DNA of 32,000 nucleotides, taken from the NCBI RefSeq assembly GCF_000007305.1, contig NC_003413.1, forward strand, positions 1,568,141 through 1,600,140, read 5' to 3'. Shown one piece after another: positions 26,601-32,000 of this stretch. Positions within the stretch are counted from its first letter, which is position 1; each line of letters starts with the position of its first letter. The translations under genes and the position numbers were made by a program. The notes below the pieces were generated by a model that had not been told where the DNA came from, searched no databases, and worked only from the letters and a program-made list of their open reading frames with translations. The stretch comes from Pyrococcus furiosus DSM 3638. GTDB taxonomy: Archaea; Methanobacteriota_B; Thermococci; Thermococcales; Thermococcaceae.

Positions 26601-26817
26601 TGCAAAAGATAAGGATTATGAAATTAGAAGGCTTGCAGCAGATTTAAATGTTCCCTTGGTCTTAGATGCAAACTTAGCTTTGGAGCTAGCAAAGGCTATA
26701 GAGTGGAAAACAAAAACTCAAGAAGAGTTTGAAATCAAAGAACTGAGAGAATACTGGATCAGAAAAATCGAAGAAAATGTTGAAGAATATGCAGCTTCAG
26801 TAGTTTTAAGGAGATAA
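23647..26817 (+). CDS. carB: Carbamoyl-phosphate synthase large subunit.
   Basis: The 1056-aa protein has duplicated ATP-grasp halves (IIGSGAIKIGEAAEFDYSG and VLGAGVFRIGVSVEFDW) and ETNPRMSRSSAL. Its ATGA overlaps carA. Confidence 0.97.
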   Translation: MKIDVSKVIVIGSGAIKIGEAAEFDYSGSQALKALREEGIESVLVNPNVATIQTSYELADKVYLLPLKTEFIEKVIEKEKPDGILVGFGGQTALSLGVSLYKKGILDKYNVKVLGTPIEGIERALDREKFQKTMKKVGLPVPPSDAAKTPEEAIEIAESIGFPVIVRVSFNLGGRGSFIARSREEFEKYIIRAFAQSEIRKVLVEKYLNGWKEIEFEVVRDKAGNSVAVVCLENVDPMGVHTGESIVVGPSQTLTNREYQMLRDAAIRVADAIELIGEGNVQLALSPNSEEYYVIETNPRMSRSSALASKVTGYPLAYIATKLAIGYTLDELRNTVTGITTAAFEPSLDYVAVKIPRWDFKKFEEVNKSIGSEMKSIGEVMAIGRNLHEAFQKAIRMLDIGDELIGKYYLEDEPLENVLERLKKKEPYLLMHIAKALRLGATVEDIHKITKVDKFFIYVIEDLVKIAEELRKNPTEELIREAKRLGFSDWEIELLTKRKVKKKWKPVVKNIDTLAGEFPAKTNYLYVTYDGVENDIPKPKKPSILVLGAGVFRIGVSVEFDWAVVNFVNAIRKRGIEAAILNYNPETVSTDWDMSDRLYFEEITLERVLDIYEFERPIGVVAFAGGQLANSLAKKLENAGVKLLGTSGKSVDKAENRAKFSKLLEKLGIPQPEWISAESIDEAIKLAKKIEYPVIVRPSYVLSGTAMKVAWNEKELIDFLKEAASVSPEHPVLISKFIPGTEAEIDAVSDGKKVVGVTLEHIEGAGVHSGDSTMVTPWRTLSERNVKRIWEITYELAKELEIKGPFNVQFVIDKKPYVLELNLRTSRSMPFSSKSRGVNLMELSAQAVLDGELKIGVEGKYYEIPPVAYGVKSPQFSWAQLQGAYPFLGPEMRSTGEVAALGTHYEDALLKSWLSVKPNELPKTSALIYGWEKKNILKETAKILENLGITTYSIGGDIGEINISKQEAVNMIKEGKIDIIMTTGYAKDKDYEIRRLAADLNVPLVLDANLALELAKAIEWKTKTQEEFEIKELREYWIRKIEENVEEYAASVVLRR

Positions 26818-27591
26818 CCTTGTGGATAAGATCTTTGATTTTTTAGTTGCTGCATCAATGGCTTTCATTATTGTTGTTCTAATTTTTCCTTCCTCCAACT
26901 CAAATATCCCATCTATCGTTGTTCCTCCGGGGGTAATTACCATATCTCTAATTTCAGCAGGGTGTCCCTCAAAATTTAGTAAGAGCTTCGCAGTGCCTAA
27001 GAGGGTTTGAGCGGCCGCAAGTTTTGCAATATCTCTTGGGAGTCCAACCCGTAAACCGCCATATATCATGGCTTCTAAAAACACAGAGACATAAGCTGGT
27101 CCAGAGCCACTTAATCCAGTTATGGCATCCATATATTCTTCGTCGATTCTTATATACTTCCCAAAGGACTCAAAGATTTTTTCAACAGTTCTAATTTCCT
27201 CTTCGCTTAAATCTTCCGTTGCATAGGCTGTAAAGGACTCTTTTACGAGAACAGCTATATTTGGCATAGCCCTCACAAATTTTGCATTTGCAAACCTCTT
27301 AAGAAGCTTTATTGGAATTCCCGCCGCTAAAGATATCACAATTTTACTTTCAACTTCTTCCTTTATTTCTTCAAGAACCTTTCCTACTTTATTTGGCTTT
27401 ACTGCGATAATCACGATATCCGCTTCCCTACTGGCTTTTTTGTTGTCTTTTTCAAGTTTTACCCCATATTTCTCCAACCATTTAACCTTTTCAATGCTTC
27501 TCCTTGTAGCAATGACTTCGTAATTACTTTCAGCCAAGGCCTTTGCAACAGCACTCCCAATTGTTCCCGCTCCAATTACAGCAACCTTCAT
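26806..27591 (-). CDS. proC: Pyrroline-5-carboxylate reductase.
   Basis: Contains MKVAVIGAGTIGSAV, the MPNIA region, GSGPAYV and TPGGTT. Confidence 0.92.
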   Translation of the reverse strand: MKVAVIGAGTIGSAVAKALAESNYEVIATRRSIEKVKWLEKYGVKLEKDNKKASREADIVIIAVKPNKVGKVLEEIKEEVESKIVISLAAGIPIKLLKRFANAKFVRAMPNIAVLVKESFTAYATEDLSEEEIRTVEKIFESFGKYIRIDEEYMDAITGLSGSGPAYVSVFLEAMIYGGLRVGLPRDIAKLAAAQTLLGTAKLLLNFEGHPAEIRDMVITPGGTTIDGIFELEEGKIRTTIMKAIDAATKKSKILSTRLSP

Positions 27592-27657
27592 TTATTTCAC
27601 CTAAACTTTGGAAATAATGTAGAATGTTTATAACTCTTCTTGAGAATACTTCGTCAT

Positions 27658-28074
27658 TTATCCCAACATACCCTCAAGTTCTAGCTTTTTCTTTTGTCTT
27701 AGAAACACAACTGGAACCCCTGCTTCCCTTAACCTTTTTCTCAATTGCTTATCATTAGTGCAAACTATCACATTGTCGTTTGAAATCGCAAACTCATAAA
27801 TTAACTCATCTGTAGTTTTGGACATAAAATCTCCTACGTAAATTGTGGGAAACCGTTCAGCCAACTTAAGTGCCATTCGAGCAGCAATAAGGTCTTTTCC
27901 TCTAAGCTTGCCTTCTCTGAGAATAGTCTTCAATTCTTCCAAAACTATGTTCGGTATTACAATTTTGTAATTCACATCAAGTATTCTTTCGAGCTCAGAT
28001 ATTATGTCCACGCCAAATTGCCCAGGGATAAAAAGAAAATTTGTATCAGGAATAACCAGCCAAACTCTCTTCAT
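27658..28074 (-). CDS. PIN-domain protein (Fcf1/Utp24-like putative endoribonuclease).
   Basis: Contains VIPDTNFL, TTDE and CTNDKQLRKRL acidic PIN positions. Its position downstream of aIF2-gamma is the usual archaeal one. Confidence 0.75.
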   Translation of the reverse strand: MKRVWLVIPDTNFLFIPGQFGVDIISELERILDVNYKIVIPNIVLEELKTILREGKLRGKDLIAARMALKLAERFPTIYVGDFMSKTTDELIYEFAISNDNVIVCTNDKQLRKRLREAGVPVVFLRQKKKLELEGMLG

Positions 28075-28079
28075 TGCCT

Positions 28080-29315
28080 TTACTCCTTAATTATGCCGTA
28101 TCCTATCAATCTCCATCTTGACCCTATTTGCCTGCTAATTGCAACTCTTTCTCCAGGTTCAGCACAAACTGGTATCTGGAGCTTAAGCTCTATCTCATCC
28201 TTACCTAGAGCTGTAACTAAACCCATTGTTCTAGCCGTTCCAACGTTTAATAGGAGAACTTCTTTCCTCTTAATGGGCTCAACATTCAGCTCTTGCTCAG
28301 TACCAACGACTCTCTCCAGTAGGTGAACTTCAAGCCTCAGATCTGTCCAAACTGGCGGCAACTTCCCTGGTTTTCCAACTACGTTTCCTGCCATTAAATC
28401 ACCTTTAGTCAAGTAAGGGTCAAGCTTTGTTCCAATACCCACAAGTCCTCCTGGGTATGCCTCCTCTACGAATTGTCCTCCTGCCTGTAATGATACAATT
28501 TCGGTAGTTATTGGCTCATATTTTATCCTTCCGTGCTCTTCATAGGGAACTCCCGGCCTAATTTCTATCTCATCCCCAACTTTTAGCTTTCCTTGAACTA
28601 TCGAACCTCCCAAAACTCCTCCCACGAGCTTTTCTGGAGGAGTTCCCGGCTTATTTACGTCAAAGCTCCTAAGCACGAGCATCTTTGGAGGCTTATTTGA
28701 ATCTCTCTTTGGGGTCGGTATAAACTCCTCTATTGCCTTGACAAGCACATCAATATTGGCCCCATGAAGGGCAGATATTGGAATTATTGGAGCGTTTTCA
28801 GCTACAGTCCCCTTGATGAACTCTTTTATCTGTCTGTAATTTTCCAAGGCTTTCTCTTTATCAACCAATTCAATTTTGTTTTGAGCAATTATTATGTTCT
28901 TTTGCCCAATAATTTGGAGAGCCATCAAGTGCTCTCTCGTCTGAGGCCTTGGACAGGGCTCATTTGCAGCTATAACTAAAATTGCTCCATCCATTAATGA
29001 TGCCCCAGCAAGCATTGTGGTCATTAACGCCTCGTGACCGGGAGAGTCTATGAAAGAAACTCTCCTTATGAATTCTGTCTCGTGACCACAGTAAGGACAT
29101 ATCGGTGAAGTTGAATACCTGCCACAGTTAGAACATCTCCTTATCTCTGCATCTGCAAATCCTATCTTAATTGTGATACCCCTTCTAAGCTCTTCACTGT
29201 GAGTATCTGTCCAAACCCCCGTAAGAGCTTTTGTAAGGGTTGTTTTACCGTGGTCAACGTGACCAACCATCCCTATATTTACCTCCGCCTGCCTAGTTTT
29301 TCTTTTCTCACCCAT
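28080..29315 (-). CDS. eif2g: Translation initiation factor aIF2 gamma subunit.
   Basis: Contains the G1 motif [10 protein letters not shown], the zinc knuckle CSNCGRY...CPYCG, DSPGH and QNKIE. ATG 29315 is preferred over TTG 29330. Confidence 0.96.
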   Translation of the reverse strand: MGEKRKTRQAEVNIGMVGHVDHGKTTLTKALTGVWTDTHSEELRRGITIKIGFADAEIRRCSNCGRYSTSPICPYCGHETEFIRRVSFIDSPGHEALMTTMLAGASLMDGAILVIAANEPCPRPQTREHLMALQIIGQKNIIIAQNKIELVDKEKALENYRQIKEFIKGTVAENAPIIPISALHGANIDVLVKAIEEFIPTPKRDSNKPPKMLVLRSFDVNKPGTPPEKLVGGVLGGSIVQGKLKVGDEIEIRPGVPYEEHGRIKYEPITTEIVSLQAGGQFVEEAYPGGLVGIGTKLDPYLTKGDLMAGNVVGKPGKLPPVWTDLRLEVHLLERVVGTEQELNVEPIKRKEVLLLNVGTARTMGLVTALGKDEIELKLQIPVCAEPGERVAISRQIGSRWRLIGYGIIKE

Positions 29316-29373
29316 TGTCCTCTCCCCCAAAATGGTAGATAGCTATTCCATTTATAGCTTTATTCCTGGGAAT

Positions 29374-30390
29374 TCAATGTTTAATAAACCTCCCCTCCAG
29401 TCCTGTTCCAGAAGGATCTACATCGTCTCTCATAATCAAAACTACCCTACTTGGTTCATATTCATCTTCAATGTGATAACCCGGAAGATACTTGACCAGT
29501 GCTTCAGCGAATTCTCTTATGTCTTCATGGCTTGGCATGTTGTTTATTGTGAGCCTATTCCTTGAAAATCCTACAAACATGTAAGCCTTTGCCTCAACGA
29601 ACATTGGCCTCGCTTTCATTATTAGCCTAGCGTATCCTTCTGGATTGTGCATGTTCTCTCCCTTAACTAGTGTTAGTCTAACAACAGTTCTCGTTGGGAT
29701 ATCTCTCATCAATTCTAGGAACTCCAGTATCTTCTCCCACCCATCTGGGATCATAGGAATATTTACTTTGTTATAGGATTCTATATCCGGAGCTGTCAGA
29801 GATACATAGAGCTGAGTTGGTAGCTTATCATCCTTTATCATCTCCCTGAGGCTTTCTGGGACTGTTCCGTTGGTAACTATAAATGTCGTGAACCCTCTCT
29901 TGTGGAACTCCTCTACCAGATCTCCCATATATGGATAAAGCATTGGCTCCCCTGAAAGACTTATTGCAGCATGCTTTGGTTCCCAAGCTTCCTCAAATTT
30001 TTTCTTGTCAACTTTTGGATTACCCTTGTACCCCACCAACAGCTTTCTTTGGGCCTTTATACTCTCCTCAACTATGAAAGCTGGGTCATCCCAGGGCTCT
30101 GGAACTTCAGTACCTAAGAAAGTCTCCATTGGACGCCAGCAGAAGATACAGTTGTGGGTGCACCACGCTAGCACTGGAGTCATTTGAAGGCAACGGTGAG
30201 AGTGAATGCCATAGAACTTCTGCTTATAACAGAATCTCCCTTCCGTTAGACTCTTCTTCAACCAGTGGCAAAGTTTAACCCCGCTGTGCCTACCTACGAG
30301 TTCATAGTGTTGTTTTCTAAACAAATTAGCTATCTCTTCAGGCATGTTTGGATTAGCTTGAACAGTAATTTTTCCAGGCTTTATATCCAT
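29374..30390 (-). CDS. taw1: tRNA 4-demethylwyosine synthase (TYW1/Taw1), radical SAM.
   Basis: Contains the radical-SAM cluster CTHNCIFCWRP plus upstream Cys residues (CHWLKK..CYK). ATG 30390 lies 6 nt after GGAGGTGA. Confidence 0.88.
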   Translation of the reverse strand: MDIKPGKITVQANPNMPEEIANLFRKQHYELVGRHSGVKLCHWLKKSLTEGRFCYKQKFYGIHSHRCLQMTPVLAWCTHNCIFCWRPMETFLGTEVPEPWDDPAFIVEESIKAQRKLLVGYKGNPKVDKKKFEEAWEPKHAAISLSGEPMLYPYMGDLVEEFHKRGFTTFIVTNGTVPESLREMIKDDKLPTQLYVSLTAPDIESYNKVNIPMIPDGWEKILEFLELMRDIPTRTVVRLTLVKGENMHNPEGYARLIMKARPMFVEAKAYMFVGFSRNRLTINNMPSHEDIREFAEALVKYLPGYHIEDEYEPSRVVLIMRDDVDPSGTGLEGRFIKH

Positions 30391-30561
30391 TCTCACTCAC
30401 CTCCAGATTAGCTCGCCTAACTTAAATACCAGAATAATCATTTAAAAAGTTATTTACCTTCATTTAACCAACAACATTTTTTGAAAACTAATTCATTAAA
30501 CAGTATTGTTAACCCAAAATGCCTTAAAGAAAAGCCACGAATAAAGTCTTTGGTGATAGGA

Positions 30562-31062
30562 ATGAAGATACTGTTCTTGAGTGCAAACGAATTTGAAGAT
30601 GTAGAGCTAATCTACCCCTACCACAGGCTCAAGGAAGAAGGTCACGAAGTTTACATAGCGAGCTTCGAGAAGGGTGTAATTACAGGAAAGCACGGATATT
30701 CAGTCAAGGTGGACTTAACCTTTGACGAGGTTAACCCCGACGAATTCGACGCTTTAGTTCTCCCAGGAGGAAGGGCCCCAGAGAGAGTAAGGCTTAACGA
30801 GAAAGCAGTTGAGATAGCAAGAAAAATGTTCACCGAAGGAAAGCCAGTGGCAACTATCTGTCATGGTCCTCAGATATTGATTTCCGCTGGAGTGCTAAAG
30901 GGAAGAAAGGGAACAAGCTACATAGGAATAAGAGACGACATGATTAATGCCGGAGTAGAGTGGATAGACAGAGAGGTTGTTGTTGACGGAAACTGGGTTA
31001 GTTCTAGACACCCAGGAGACCTTTACGCTTGGATGAGAGAATTTGTTAAATTACTTAAGTGA
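30562..31062 (+). CDS. pfpI: Intracellular protease PfpI (DJ-1/PfpI family).
   Basis: The 166-aa protein starts MKILFLSANEFEDVELIYPYHRLKEEGHEVY and has the nucleophile elbow ICHGPQILI. The sequence is recognised as P. furiosus protease I. GGTGATAGG lies upstream of the ATG. Confidence 0.95.
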   Translation: MKILFLSANEFEDVELIYPYHRLKEEGHEVYIASFEKGVITGKHGYSVKVDLTFDEVNPDEFDALVLPGGRAPERVRLNEKAVEIARKMFTEGKPVATICHGPQILISAGVLKGRKGTSYIGIRDDMINAGVEWIDREVVVDGNWVSSRHPGDLYAWMREFVKLLK

Positions 31063-31089
31063 TCATTGTAAGTATTCATAATTCATAAA

Positions 31090-31103
31090 TTTTTTATATT
31101 TTT
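31090..31103 (+). terminator. Oligo-T terminator after pfpI (T6 then T5).
   Basis: TTTTTTATATTTTT lies 28 nt after the stop codon. Confidence 0.4.
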
Positions 31104-31131
31104 GTTAGTCCTTTTTCATTGGTGAATACTA

Positions 31132-31860
31132 GTGAGAAGGGGGCTATCATTACTTGGTTTTATTATTGGTGCAGTTATTGGGATAATAATAGGAGCACTA
31201 ATTTTAGCAGGAATATTCCTCCTAGCTTTAGGGAGCACCATAAGTTTTCTAGACTTCCCCAACTGCCACTGCACATGTGAAACTATTAATAATGCAGGTC
31301 CTATAAAAGAAATAGGAGCGTATAATGCAACATCCCTTATCATAGAGGACGTAATTGGAACGGTAAAAATAAAGCCAAGTAACGAACCACAGATAAAGGT
31401 TCTCTCCAACCTTCCGATAAATGTGTCCGTTTCTGAAGACTCGCTGGTTATAACGTGCTCAGAATGTCGCGAAAAGAGCTTTAAAAACGGAGAAATAATA
31501 CTCATGGGAAACTTATCGAGCATAAAAACATCAGACATCCTGGGAAGACTTATAGTTGAAGTACCAACTAAGAGAATAGAGGTTGGAGACGTATTAGGGG
31601 AAGTTAATATTCAAGCATACACAGAAGTGTTTGAGAGCGAGGACATTCTTGGAAGAGCCGAGATCAAGGCAACAAGAGAAGTTCAGATTGAGGATGTCAT
31701 AGGAGAGGTAAAAATCACGATACCAAAGAATTCTACCGCCAAGATATCATATTCTAAAATTATCGGAAAGATTGCTGATCTTTCAGAAGATAGCAATAAG
31801 ATTGTTAAAGTAGATATTGAAGACATTCTGGGTGAGCTAACCGTTGAAAACGAAAAGTGA
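31132..31860 (+). CDS. Membrane-anchored protein with about 7 repeats of a D-[VI]-[LI]-G beta-strand motif (DUF4097/putative-adhesin-like).
   Basis: Has an N-terminal TM helix (LLGFIIGAVIGIIIGALILAGIFLLALG), then EDVIGTV, SDILGRL, GDVLGEV, EDILGRA, EDVIGEV, KIIGKI and EDILGEL. The start is GTG. Confidence 0.6.
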   Translation: MRRGLSLLGFIIGAVIGIIIGALILAGIFLLALGSTISFLDFPNCHCTCETINNAGPIKEIGAYNATSLIIEDVIGTVKIKPSNEPQIKVLSNLPINVSVSEDSLVITCSECREKSFKNGEIILMGNLSSIKTSDILGRLIVEVPTKRIEVGDVLGEVNIQAYTEVFESEDILGRAEIKATREVQIEDVIGEVKITIPKNSTAKISYSKIIGKIADLSEDSNKIVKVDIEDILGELTVENEK

Positions 31861-32000
31861 AATAGTAAGGGCATTCATCCTAGGAAGTCTGTTAGAAGTA
31901 GCTATTCCAAAGCCTGGAAACGTTTCAAGATATAAGGACTTTGAAGACCTAACATTCTATCATTTTTTATTTGGAAATACTGCCCTAATCGGACCTTATT
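31844..32000 (+). CDS. 5' part of a CitG-like triphosphoribosyl-dephospho-CoA synthase family protein, running off the window.
   Basis: The frame is open from 31841 to the window end and reads ...IVRAFILGSLLEVAIPKPGNVSRYKDFEDLTFYHFLFGN. PKPGNV..DFED resembles the family's N-terminal motif as I remember it. The TTG start is a guess. Confidence 0.4.
   Translation, partial: MKTKSEIVRAFILGSLLEVAIPKPGNVSRYKDFEDLTFYHFLFGNTALIGPY

Noticed and set aside
30481-30561. A 27-codon N-terminal extension of PfpI from a TTG at 30481.
   Set aside because: The known PfpI begins MKILFLSANEF. ATG 30562 has a GGTGATAGG Shine-Dalgarno sequence just upstream, and the extension covers the divergent promoter region.
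1-32000. Search for CRISPR arrays, IS elements or transposases, integrases, tRNA or rRNA genes, and toxin-antitoxin or defence islands.
   Set aside because: No spaced direct repeats, terminal inverted repeats, transposase- or integrase-like ORFs, or G/C-rich structured-RNA islands were seen. The window is densely packed housekeeping and biosynthetic coding sequence. The PIN protein is the conserved aIF2-gamma-linked Fcf1-like type rather than a VapC toxin, and it has no antitoxin partner.

Overview
The window looks like a Thermococcales chromosome segment. From memory the best match is Pyrococcus furiosus: the PfpI protease and the 262-aa DAH7P synthase sequences are recognisable, but no search was run. 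It is almost entirely a biosynthetic super-cluster. On the + strand are a lysK/argE-type 3' fragment, a small wHTH gene, split transketolase, DAH7P synthase and aroB-aroD-aroE-aroK. A 4-gene BMP-family ABC transporter sits inside the aro cluster, followed by aroA, aroC, chorismate mutase, an aminotransferase and prephenate dehydrogenase. The convergent trpCDEGFBA operon is on the - strand. Next come a divergent ACT-domain regulator candidate, carA-carB, proC, a PIN-domain protein, aIF2-gamma, TYW1/Taw1, pfpI, a membrane-anchored beta-repeat protein and a partial CitG-like ORF. No rRNA, tRNA, CRISPR array or mobile element was seen. The most interesting signal is a 17-nt unit, GGTGATGCCNNGCCAAT. 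It is triplicated in the leader of the aro cluster, and a fourth copy sits in front of the tyrosine-branch genes. In the frame set by the ATG inside each unit, the one variable codon reads Phe, Trp, Tyr at the first locus and Tyr at the second. This suggests either an aromatic-amino-acid leader-peptide or attenuator-like device, or a tandem operator. Two pathway genes, aroC and tyrA, each carry an apparent frameshift at a simple repeat.
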